64,000 nucleotides of DNA from the human T2T-CHM13v2.0 reference genome, Homo sapiens, in the NCBI RefSeq assembly GCF_009914755.1, contig NC_060945.1. The stretch is one strand, 5' to 3'. This document shows positions 1 through 12,400 of this stretch, one piece after another. Positions within the stretch are counted from its first letter, which is position 1; each line of letters opens with the position of its first letter. A model generated the notes under the pieces. The model worked only from the letters and a program-made list of their open reading frames with translations, did no database searches and was not told the DNA's origin. The position numbers were made by a program, and so were the translations under genes.

Positions 1-1812
1 TCTGCACTGATAAACTAGGTGGTGTAATCCTTATCGAAGCTCTGCCTACAGGGGCGTTTTCACATATCCCTGAAGTGATGACAAAGGTGATGTAACTCTT
101 GCCTAGGCTTTGCCTACAGGGGACATAGGACATATATCTGCACTGATCACCCAGGTGATGCAACTCTAGCCTAGGCTTTGCCTACAGGGGACATTGTGAC
201 ATATCGCTTCAATGATCACCCATGTGATGCAACTCTTGCCTTGGCTTTGCCTACAGGGGACATTGTGACATATCTCTGCACTGATCTCCCAGGTGCTGTA
301 ACATTAGTCTAGACTCTGGCTACACGGCATTGTGACATATCACTGCACTGATCAACCAGGTGATATAACTCTTGTCTAGGCCCTGCCTACAGGGGGCTTG
401 TGACATATCTCTGCACTGATCACCCAGGTGATATAACTCTTCTCTAGGATCTGCCTACAGGGTGCTTTGTGACATATCCCTGCAATGATCACCCAGGTGA
501 TCTAACTCTTGTTTAAGCTCTGCCTAAAGGGCCATTTTGACAGATCTCTGCACTGATCACTCAGGTGATGTAACTATTGTCGAGGCTCTGCTTAAAGGGG
601 CCTTGTCACATACCTCTGCACTGATCACCCAGGTGATGTAACTCTTGTCTAGCCTCTGCTTTCACGGCATATTGTGACATATCCATGCGCTGATCACCTT
701 AGTGATGTAACACTTGTGTAGGCTCGGCCTACAGGGGAATATTGACATATCTCTGCACTGTTAACCGAGGTGATTTAACTCTTGTCTAGGCTGTGCCCAC
801 AGGGGGATTGAGACATATCTCTGCACTGATCCCGAGGTGATCCAACTGTTGCCTGGTCTCTGCCTACTGGGGACATTGTGACATATCTCTGCACTGATCT
901 CCCAGGTGCTGTAACTTTAGTCTAGGCTCTGGCTACACGGCATTGTGACATATCACTGCACTGATCACCGAGGTGATATAAATCTTGTCTAGGCTCTGCC
1001 TACAATGGCCTTGTGACATATCTCTGCACTGATCACCCAGGTGATATAACTCTTCTCTAGGATCTGACCACAGGGTGCTTTGTGGCATTTCCCTGCAATG
1101 ATCACCCAGGTGATATACCACTTGCCAAGGCTCTGCCTACAGGGGCATTGCAATGTATCTCTGCACTGATCACCTCGGTCTTGTAACTCTTTTCTAGGAT
1201 CTGCCCACAGGGTGCCTTGTGACGTATCCCAGCAAGGATTACCCAGGTGATGTACCTCTCATCAAGGCTCTGCCTACAGGCACATTGCGATGTATCTCTG
1301 CACTGATCACCTAGGTCATGTAACTTTTGTCTAGGCTCTGCCTACGATGGCATTGTGACATATCTCTGCAGTAATCATCCAAGTGATGTAACCCTTGTCT
1401 AGGATCTGCCTAAATTAACTTTGTGACATAACCCTGTACTGATCATCCAGGTGATGGGGCTTTTGTCTAGGCTCTGCCTAAGGGGGCATTGTGACATATT
1501 TCTGCATTGATCACCCAGGTGGCGAACTCTTCTCTTGGATCTGCCTATGGGGGCATTGTGACAAATCTCTGCACTGATCACCCAGGTGATGTAACTGTTG
1601 TGTAACCTCTGCCTACAGGGCAATTGTGAGAGATCTCGCCACTGATCACCCAAGTGATGTAACCATTGTCTAGGCTTTGCGTACAGGGGGCTTTGTGACA
1701 TACCTTTGCACTGATCACCCAGGTGATGTAACACATCTAAGTTCGGCCTAAAGGAGCTTTGTGACATATCTCTGCACTGATCACTTAGGTGATGGAACAC
1801 TTTTATAAGCAC

Positions 1813-3714
1813 TGCCTACAGGGAATTTTGACAAATCTCTGCATTGATCACCTAGGTGATGTACTTGTCTACCCTCTGCCCAACGGTGCATTGTGAAATA
1901 TCTCTGCACTGATCACCCAGGTGATTCAACTCTTGACTAGGATCTGCCTACAGAGGTTATTGTGAAATATCTCTGCACTGATAAACTAGGTGGTGTAATC
2001 ATTACCGAAGCTCTGCCTACAGGGGCGTTTTCACATATCCCTGAAGTGATGACAAAGGTGATGTAACTATTGCCTAGGCTTTGCCTACAGGGGACATAGG
2101 ACATATATCTGCACTGATCACCCAGGTGATGCAACTGTAGCCTAGGCTTTGCCTACAGGGGACATTGTGACATATCGCTTCAATGATCACCCATGTGATG
2201 CAACTCTTGCCTAGGCTTTGCCTACAGGGGACATTGTGACATATCTCAGCACTGATGTCCCAGGTGCTGTAACATTAGTCTAGACTCTGGCTACACGGAA
2301 TTGTGACATATCACTGCACTGATCAACCAGGTGATATAACTCTTGTCTAGGCTCTGCCTACAGGGGGCTTGTGACATATCCCTGCAATGATCACCCAGGT
2401 GATCTAACTCTTGTTTAAGCTCTGCCTAAAGGGTCATTGTGACAGATCTCTGCACTGATCACTCAGGTGATGTAACTATTGTCTAGGCTCTGCTTAAAGG
2501 GGCCTTGTCACATACCTCTGCACTGATCACCCAGGTGATGTAACTCTTGTCTAGCCTCCTCTTTCACGGCATATTGTGACATATCCATGCGCTGATCACC
2601 TTAGTGATGTAACACTTGTGTAGGCTCGGCCTACAGGGGAATATTGACATATCTCTGCACTGTTAACCGAGGTGATTTAAATCTTGTCTAGGCTGTGCCC
2701 ACAGGGGGATTGAGACATGTCTCTGCACTGATCCCGAGGTGATCCAACTGTTTCCTGGTCTCTGCCTACTGGGGACATTGTGACATATCTCTGCACTGAT
2801 CTCCCAGGTGCTGTAAATTTAGTCTAGGCTCTGGCTACACGGCATTGTGACATATCACTGCACTGAACACCCAGGTGATATAAATCTTTTCTAGGCTCTG
2901 CCTACAATGGCCTTGTGACATATCACTGCACTGATCACCCAGGTGATATAACTCTTCTCTAGGATCTGACCACAGGGTGCTTTGTGGCATTTCCCTGCAA
3001 TGATCACCCAGGTGATATACCACTTGCCAAGGCTCTGCCTACAGGGGCATTGCAATGTATCTCTGCACTGATCACCTCGGTCTTGTAACTCTTTTCTAGG
3101 ATCTGCCCACAGGGTGCCTTGTGACGTATCCCAGCAAGGATTACCCAGGTGATGTACCTCTCATCAAGGCTCTGCCTACAGGCACATTGCGATGTATCTC
3201 TGCACTGATCACCTAGGTCATGTAACTTTCGTCTAGGCTCTGCCTACGATGGCATTGTGACATATCTCTGCACTAATCATCCAAGTGATGTAAACCTTGT
3301 CTAGGATCTGCCTAAATTAACTTTGTGACATAACCCTGTACTGATCATCCAGGTGATGGGGCTTTTGTCTAGGCTCTGCCTAAGGGGGTATTGTGACATA
3401 TTTCTGCATTGATCACCCAGGTGGCGAACTCTTCTCTTGGATCTGCCTATGGGGGCAATTTGACAAATCTCTGCACTGATCACCCAGGTGATGTAACTGT
3501 TGTGTAACCTCTGCCTACAGGGGAATTGTGAGAGATCTCGCCACTGATCACCCAAGTGATGTAACCATTGTCTAAGCTTTGCGTACAGGGGGCTTTGTGA
3601 CATACCTTTGCACTGATCACCCAGGTGATGTAACACATCTAAGTTCGGCCTAAAGGAGCTTTGTGACATATCTCTGCACTGATCACTTAGGTGATGGAAC
3701 ACTTTTATAAGCAC
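1813..3714 (+). repeat. 28-mer HOR variant A (69-bp deletion of monomer 7); nine copies in the window
   Basis: Junction GGGGGC-TTGTGACATATC-CCTGCAATG at ~2369-2380. Same junction at ~6250, 15980, 19860, 23670, 27550, 33400, 54975 and 60830. This copy also carries a 3-bp deletion (GATGTACTTG versus GATGTAACGCTTG), so 1974-69-3=1902. Confidence 0.92.
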
Positions 3715-5688
3715 TGCCTACAGGGAATTTTGACAAATCTCTGCACTGATCACCTAGGTGATGTAACGCTTGTCTACCCTCTGTCCAACGGGGCATTGTG
3801 AAATATCTCTGCACTGATCACCCAGGTGATTCAACTCTTGACTAGGATCTGCCTACAGAGGTTATTGTGAAATATCTCTGCACTGATAAACTAGGTGGTG
3901 TAATCCTTATCGAAGCTCTGCCTACAGGGGCGTTTTCACATATCCCTGAAGTGATGACAAAGGTGATGTAACTCTTGCCTAGGCTTTGCCTACAGGGGAC
4001 ATAGGACATATATCTGCACTGATCACCCAGGTGATGCAACTCTAGCCTAGGCTTTGCCTACAGGGGACATTGTGACATATCGCTTCAATGATCACCCATG
4101 TGATGCAACTCTTGCCTTGGCTTTGCCTACAGGGGACATTGTGACATATCTCTGCACTGATCTCCCAGGTGCTGTAACATTAGTCTAGACTCTGGCTACA
4201 CGGCATTGTGACATATCACTGCACTGATCAACCAGGTGATATAACTCTTGTCTAGGCCCTGCCTACAGGGGGCTTGTGACATATCTCTGCACTGATCACC
4301 CAGGTGATATAACTCTTCTCTAGGATCTGCCTACAGGGTGCTTTGTGACATATCCCTGCAATGATCACCCAGGTGATCTAACTCTTGTTTAAGCTCTGCC
4401 TAAAGGGCCATTTTGACAGATCTCTGCACTGATCACTCAGGTGATGTAACTATTGTCGAGGCTCTGCTTCAAGGGGCCTTGTCACATACCTCTGCACTGA
4501 TCACCCAGGTGATGTAACTCTTGTCTAGCCTCTGCTTTCACGGCATATTGTGACATATCCATGCGCTGATCACCTTAGTGATGTAACACTTGTGTAGGCT
4601 CGGCCTACAGGGGAATATTGACATATCTCTGCACTGTTAACCGAGGTGATTTAACTCTTGTCTAGGCTGTGCCCACAGGGGGATTGAGACATATCTCTGC
4701 ACTGATCCCGAGGTGATCCAACTGTTGCCTGGTCTCTGCCTACTGGGGACATTGTGACATATCTCTGCACTGATCTCCCAGGTGCTGTAACTTTAGTCTA
4801 GGCTCTGGCTACACGGCATTGTGACATATCACTGCACTGATCACCGAGGTGATATAAATCTTGTCTAGGCTCTGCCTACAATGGCCTTGTGACATATCTC
4901 TGCACTGATCACCCAGGTGATATAACTCTTCTCTAGGATCTGACCACAGGGTGCTTTGTGGCATTTCCCTGCAATGATCACCCAGGTGATATACCACTTG
5001 CCAAGGCTCTGCCTACAGGGGCATTGCAATGTATCTCTGCACTGATCACCTCGGTCTTGTAACTCTTTTCTAGGATCTGCCCACAGGGTGCCTTGTGACG
5101 TATCCCAGCAAGGATTACCCAGGTGATGTACCTCTCATCAAGGCTCTGCCTACAGGCACATTGCGATGTATCTCTGCACTGATCACCTAGGTCATGTAAC
5201 TTTTGTCTAGGCTCTGCCTACGATGGCATTGTGACATATCTCTGCAGTAATCATCCAAGTGATGTAACCCTTGTCTAGGATCTGCCTAAATTAACTTTGT
5301 GACATAACCCTGTACTGATCATCCAGGTGATGGGGCTTTTGTCTAGGCTCTGCCTAAGGGGGCATTGTGACATATTTCTGCATTGATCACCCAGGTGGCG
5401 AACTCTTCTCTTGGATCTGCCTATGGGGGCATTGTGACAAATCTCTGCACTGATCACCCAGGTGATGTAACTGTTGTGTAACCTCTGCCTACAGGGCAAT
5501 TGTGAGAGATCTCGCCACTGATCACCCAAGTGATGTAACCATTGTCTAGGCTTTGCGTACAGGGGGCTTTGTGACATACCTTTGCACTGATCACCCAGGT
5601 GATGTAACACATCTAAGTTCGGCCTAAAGGAGCTTTGTGACATATCTCTGCACTGATCACTTAGGTGATGGAACACTTTTATAAGCAC
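3715..5688 (+). repeat. Representative full-length 29-monomer higher-order repeat unit (1974 bp)
   Basis: I counted 29 distinguishable monomers between successive CTGATAAACTAGG marks (8 to 1978). The once-per-unit landmark TTTTATAAGCAC ends at 1812, 3714, 5688, 7590, 9497, 11470, 13443, 15417, 17319, 19293, 21198, 23105, 25011, 26984, 28890, 30863, 32837, 34741, 36646, 38620, 40594, 42568, 44541, 46514, 48488, 50462, 52435, 54408, 56314, 58287, 60261, 62165. Spacings are either 1973-1974 or 1902-1907. Confidence 0.95.
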
Positions 5689-7590
5689 TGCCTACAGGGA
5701 ATTTTGACAAATTTCTGCATTGATCACCTAGGTGATGTACTTGTCTACCCTCTGCCCAACGGGGCATTGTGAAATATCTCTGCACTGATCACCCAGGTGA
5801 TTCAACTCTTGACTAGGATCTGCCTACAGAGGTTATTGTGAAATATCTCTGCACTGATAAACTAGGTGGTGTAATCATTACCGAAGCTCTGCCTACAGGT
5901 GCGTTTTCACATATCCCTGAAGTGATGACAAAGGTGATGTAACTATTGCCTAGGCTTTGCCTACAGGGGACATAGGACATATATCTGCACTGATCACCCA
6001 GGTGATGCAACTCTAGCCTAGGCTTTGCCTACAGGGGACATTGTGACATATCGCTTCAATGATCACCCATGTGATGCAACTCTTGCCTAGGCTTTGCCTA
6101 CAGGGGACATTGTGACATATCTCAGCACTGATGTCCCAGGTGCTGTAACATTAGTCTAGACTCTGGCTACACGGAATTGTGACATATCACTGCACTGATC
6201 AACCAGGTGATATAACTCTTGTCTAGGCTCTGCCTACAGGGGGCTTGTGACATATCCCTGCAATGATCACCCAGGTGATCTAACTCTTGTTTAAGCTCTG
6301 CCTAAAGGGTCATTGTGACAGATCTCTGCACTGATCACTCAGGTGATGTAACTATTGTCTAGGCTCTGCTTAAAGGGGCCTTGTCACATACCTCTGCACT
6401 GATCACCCAGGTGATGTAACTCTTGTCTAGCCTCCTCTTTCACGGCATATTGTGACATATCCATGCGCTGATCACCTTAGTGATGTAACACTTGTGTAGG
6501 CTCGGCCTACAGGGGAATATTGACATATCTCTGCACTGTTAACCGAGGTGATTTAAATCTTGTCTAGGCTGTGCCCACAGGGGGATTGAGACATGTCTCT
6601 GCACTGATCCCGAGGTGATCCAACTGTTTCCTGGTCTCTGCCTACTGGGGACATTGTGACATATCTCTGCACTGATCTCCCAGGTGCTGTAAATTTAGTC
6701 TAGGCTCTGGCTACACGGCATTGTGACATATCACTGCACTGAACACCCATGTGATATAAATCTTTTCTAGGCTCTGCCTACAATGGCCTTGTGACATATC
6801 TCTGCACTGATCACCCAGGTGATATAACTCTTCTCTAGTATCTGACCACAGGGTGCTTTGTGGCATTTCCCTGCAATGATCACCCAGGAGATATAGCACT
6901 TGCCAAGGCTCTGCCTACAGGGGCATTGCAATGTATCTCTGCACTGATCAAATCGGTCTTGTAACTCTTTTCTAGGATCTGCCCACAGGGTGCCTTGTGA
7001 CGTATCCCAGCAAGGATTACCCAGGTGATGTACCTCTCATCAAGGCTCTGCCTACAGGCACATTGCGATGTATCTCTGCACTGATCACCTAGGTCATGTA
7101 ACTTTCGTCTAGGCTCTGCCTACGATGGCATTGTGACATATCTCTGCACTAATCATCCAAGTGATGTAACACTTGTCTAGGATCTGCCTAAATTAACTTT
7201 GTGACATAACCCTGTACTGATCATCCAGGTGATGGGGCTTTTGTCTAGGCTCTGCCTAAGGGGGCATTGTGATATATTTCTGCATTGATCACCCAGGTGG
7301 CGAACTCATCTCTTGGATCTGCCTATGGGGGCATTGTGACAAATCTCTGCACTCATCACCCAGGTGATGTAACTGTTGTGTAACCTCTGCCTACAGGGGA
7401 ATTGTGAGAGATCTCGCCACTGATCACCCAAGTGATGTAGCCATTGTCTAGGGTTTGCGTACAGGGTGCTTTGTGACATACCTTTGCACTGATCACCCAG
7501 GTGATGTAACACATCTAAGTTCGGCCTAAAGGAGCTTTGTGACATATCTCTGCACTGATCACTTAGGTGATGGAACACTTTTATAAGCAC

Positions 7591-9497
7591 TGCCTACAGG
7601 GAATTTTGACAAATCTCTGCACTGATCACCTAGGTGATGTAACGCTTGTCTACCCTCTGTCCAACGGGGCATTGTGAAATATCTCTGCACTGATCACCCA
7701 GGTGATTCAACTCTTGACTAGGATCTGCCTACAGAGGTTATTGTGAAATATCTCTGCACTGATAAACTAGGTGGTGTAATCCTTATCGAAGCTCTGCCTA
7801 CAGGGGCGTTTTCACATATCCCTGAAGTGATGACAAAGGTGATGTAACCCTTGCCTAGGCTTTGCCTACAGGGGACATAGGACATATATCTGCACTGATC
7901 ACCCAGGTGATGCAACTCTAGCCTAGGCTTTGCCTACAGGGGACATTGTGACATATCGCTTCAATGATCACCCATGTGATGCAAATCTTGCCTAGCCTTT
8001 GCCTACAGGGGACATTGTGACATATCTCTGCACTGATCTCCCAGGTGCTGTAACATTAGCCTAGACTCTGGCTACACGGCATTGTGACATATCACTGCAC
8101 TGATCAACCAGGTGATATAACTCTTGTCTAGGCCCTGCCTACAGGGGGCTTGTGACATATCTCTGCACTGATCACCCAGGTGATATAACTCTTCTCTAGG
8201 ATCTGCCTACAGGGTGCTTTGTGACATCTCCCTGCAATGATCACCCAGGTGATCTAACTCTTGTTTAAGCTCTGCCTAAAGGGGCATTGTGACAGACCTC
8301 TGCACTGATCACTCAGGTGATGTAACTATTGTCTAGGCTCTGCTTAAAGGGGCCTTGTCACATACCTCTGCACTGATCACCCAGGTGATGTAACTCTTGT
8401 CTAGCCTCTGCTTTCACGGCATATTGTGACATATCCATGCGCTGATCACCTTAGTGATGTAACACTTGTGTAGGCTCGGCCTACAGGGGAATATTGACAT
8501 ATCTCTGCACTGTTAACCGAGGTGATTTAAATCTTGTCTAGGCTGTGCCCACAGGGGGATTGAGACATGTCTCTGCACTGATCCCGAGGTGATCCAACTG
8601 TTGCCTGGTCTCTGCCTACTGGGGACATTGTGACATATCACTGCACTGATCACCCAGGAGAGATAAATCTTGTCTAGGCTCTGCCTACAATGGCCTTGTG
8701 ACATATCTCTGCACTGATCACCCAGGTGATATAACTCTTCTCTAGGATCTGACCACAGGGTGCTTTGTGGCATTTCCCTGCAATGATCACCCAGGTGATA
8801 TACCACTTGCCAAGGCTCTGCCTACAGGGGCATTGCAATGTATCTCTGCACTGATCACCTCGGTCTTGTAACTCTTTTCTAGGATCTGCCCACAGGGTGC
8901 CTTGTGACGTATCCCAGCAGGGATTATCCAGGTGATGTACCTCTCATCAAGGCTCTGCCTACAGGCACATTGCGATGTATCTCTGCACTGATCACCTAGG
9001 TCATGTAACTTTTGTCTAGGCTCTGCCTACGATGGCATTGTGACATATCTCTGCACTAATCATCCAAGTGATGTAACCCTTGTCTAGGATCTGCCTAAAT
9101 TAACTTTGTGACATAACCCTGTACTGATCATCCAGGTGATGGGGCTTTTGTCTAGGCTCTGCCTAAGGGGGCATTGTGACATATTTCTGCATTGATCACC
9201 CAGGTGGCGAACTCTTCTCTTGGATCTGCCTATGGGGGCATTGTGACAAATCTCTGCACTGATCACCCAGGTGATGTAACTGTTGTGTAACCTCTGCCTA
9301 CAGGGGAATTGTGAGAGATCTCGCCACTGATCACCCAAGTGATGTAACCATTGTCTAGGCTTTGCGTACAGGGGGCTTTGTGACATACCTTTGCACTGAT
9401 CACCCAGGTGATGTAACACATCTAAGTTCGGCCTAAAGGAGCTTTGTGACATATCTCTGCACTGATCACTTAGGTGATGGAACACTTTTATAAGCAC
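7591..9497 (+). repeat. 28-mer HOR variant B (67-bp deletion of monomer 14); second copy at 21199-23105
   Basis: Junction CTACTGGGGA-CATTGTGACATATC-ACTGCACTGATCACCCAGGAGAG at 8626-8639 and 22234-22247. Unit length 1907 = 1974-67. Confidence 0.92.
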
Positions 9498-12400
9498 TGC
9501 CTACAGCGAATTTTGACAAATCTCTGCACTGATCACCTAGGTGATGTAACGCTTGTCTACCCTCTGTCCAACGGGGCATTGTGAAATATCTCTACACTGA
9601 TCACCCAGGTGATTCAACTCTTGAGTAGGATCTGCCTACAGAGGTTATTGTGAAATATCTCTGCACTGATAAACTTGGTGGTGTAATCATTACCGAAGCT
9701 CTGCCTGCAGGGGCGTTTTCACATATCCCTGTAGTGATGACAAAGGTGATGTAACTCTTGCCTAGGCTTTGCCTACAGGGGACATAGGACATATATCTGC
9801 ACTGATCACCCAGGTGATGCAACTCTAGCCTAGGCTTTGCCTACAGGGGACATTGTGACATATCGCTTCAATGATCACCCATGTGATGCAACTCTTGCCT
9901 AGGCTTTGCCTACAGGGGACATTGTGACATATCTCTGCACTGATCTCCCAGGTGCTGTAACATTAGTCTAGACTCTGGCTACACGGCATTGTGACATATC
10001 ACTGCACTGATCAACCAGGTGTTATAACTCTTGTCTAGGCCCTGCCTACAGGGGGCTTGTGACATATCTCTGCACTGATCACCCAGGTGATATAACTCTT
10101 CTCTAGGATCTGCCTACAGGGTGCTTTGTGACATATCCCTGCAATGATCACCCAGGTGATCTAACTCTTGTTTAAGCTCTGCCTAAAGGGGCATTTTGAC
10201 AGATCTCTGCACTGATCACTCAGGTGATGTAACTATTGTCGAGGCTCTGCTTCAAGGGGCCTTGTCACATACCTCTGCACTGATCACCCAGGTGATGTAA
10301 CTCTTGTCTAGCCTCTGCTTTCACGGCATATTGTGACATATCCATGCGCTGATCACCTTAGTGATGTAACACTTGTGTAGGCTCGGCCTACAGGGGAATA
10401 TTGACATATCTCTGCACTGTTAACCGAGGTGATTTAACTCTTGTCTAGGCTGTGCCCACAGGGGGATTGAGACATGTCTCTGCACTGATCCCGAGGTGAT
10501 CCAATTGTTTCCTGGTCTCTGCCTACTGGGGACATTGTGACATATCTCTGCACTGATCTCCCAGGTGCTGTAACTTTAGTCTAGGCTCTGGCTACATGGC
10601 ATTGTGACATATCACTGCACTGAACACCCAGGTGATATAAATCTTTTCTAGGCTCTGCCTACAATGGCCTTGTGACATATCTCTGCACTGATCACCCAGG
10701 TGATATAACTCTTCTCTAGGATCTGACCACAGGGTGCTTTGTGGCATTTCCCTGCAATGATCACCCAGGTGATATACCACTTGCCAAGGCTCTGCCTACA
10801 GGGGCATTGCAATGTATCTCTGCTCTGATCACCTCGGTCTTGTAACTCTTTTCTAGGATCTGCCCACAGGGTGCCTTGTGACGTATCCCAGCAAGGATTA
10901 CCCAGGTGATGTACCTCTCATCAAGGCTCTGCCTACAGGCACATTGCGATGTATCTCTGCACTGATCACCTAGGTCATGTAACTTTCGTCTAGGCTCTGC
11001 CTACGATGGCATTGTGACATATCTCTGCACTAATCATCCAAGTGATGTAACCCTTGTCTAGGATCTGCCTAAATTAACTTTGTGACATAACCCTGTACTG
11101 ATCATCCAGGTGATGGGGCTTTTGTCTAGGCTCTGCCTAAGGGGGCTTTGTGACATATTTCTGCATTGATCACCCAGGTGGCGAACTCTTCTCTTGGATC
11201 TGCCTATGGGGGCATTGTGACAAATCTCTGCACTGATCACCCAGGTGATGTAACTGTTGTGTAACCTCTCCTACAGGGGAATTGTGAGAGATCTCTCCAC
11301 TGATCACCCAAGTGATGTAACCATTGTCTAGGCTTTGCGTACAGGGGGCTTTGTGACATACCTTTGCACTGATCACCCAGGTGATGTAACACATCTAAGT
11401 TCGGCCTAAAGGAGCTTTGTGACATATCTCTGCACTGATCACTTAGGTGATGGAACACTTTTATAAGCACTGCCTACAGGGAATTTTGACAAATCTCTGC
11501 ACTGATCACCTAGGTGATGTAACGCTTGTCTACCCTCTGTCCAACGGGGCATTGTGAAATATCTCTGCACTGATCACCCAGGTGATTCAACTCTTGACTA
11601 GGATCTGCCTACAGAGGTTATTGTGAAATATCTCTGCACTGATAAACTAGGTGGTGTAATCCTTATCGAAGCTCTGCCTACAGGGGCGTTTTCACATATC
11701 CCTGAAGTGATGACAAAGGTGATGTAACTCTTGCCTAGGCTTTGCCTACAGGGGACATAGGACATATATCTGCACTGATCACCCAGGTGATGCAACTCTA
11801 GCCTAGGCTTTGCCTACAGGGGACATTGTGACATATCGCTTCAGTGATCACCCATGTGATGCAACTCTTGCCTTGGCTTTGCCTACAGGGCACATTGTGA
11901 CATAACTCTGCACTGATCTCCCAGGTGCTGTAACATTAGTCTAGACTCTGGCTACACGGCATTGTGACATATCACTGCACTGATCAACCAGGTGATATAA
12001 CTCTTGTCTAGGCCCTGCCTACAGGGGGCTTGTGACATATCTCTGCACTGATCACCCAGGTGATATAACTCTTCTCTAGGACCTGCCTACAGGGTGCTTT
12101 GTGACATATCCCTGCAATGATAACCCAGGTGATCTAACTCTTGTTTAAGCTCTGCCTAAAGGGGCATTTTGACAGATCTCTGCACTGATCACTCAGGTGA
12201 TGTAACTATTGTCGAGGCTCTGCTTCAAGGGGCCTTGTCACATACCTCTGCACTGATCACCCAGGTGATGTAACTCTTGTCTAGCCTCTGCTTTCACGGC
12301 ATATTGTGACATATCCATGCGCTGATCACCTTAGTGATGTAACACTTGTGTAGGCTCGGCATACAGGGGAATATTGACATATCTCTGCACTGTTAACCGA

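Larger units (their letters stand above)
1..6750 (+). repeat. Tandem dimer of HORs (29-mer + 28-mer), period 3876 bp
   Basis: ORF offsets 933/4809, 1399/5275, 1937/5813, 2835/6711. Shared variants GGGCCATTTTG, CACCGAGG, the 3-bp deletion, deletion A and GCCTCCTCTTT. Confidence 0.85.

Noticed and set aside
933-1121. Recurrent 62-aa and 65-aa minus-strand ORFs
   Set aside because: Same cause. They recur once per HOR and vanish with single substitutions (e.g. ~33.97 kb, ~46.72 kb). Useful only as positional markers.
1399-1812. Recurrent 137-aa minus-strand ORF (MLIKVFHHLSDQ...) with His/Cys-rich HHLGDQCRD repeats, superficially metal-binding
   Set aside because: It is the satellite translated. 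The 68-bp period rotates the frame and yields the same few peptides. The start is GTG, and copies are broken by frameshifts (11.27, 13.24, 24.68 kb) and a stop (7306). No recognisable domain or gene structure.
1800-1812. TTTTATAA once per HOR as a possible TATA box
   Set aside because: A short AT-rich variant of one monomer with no other promoter evidence. It cannot be supported from sequence alone.
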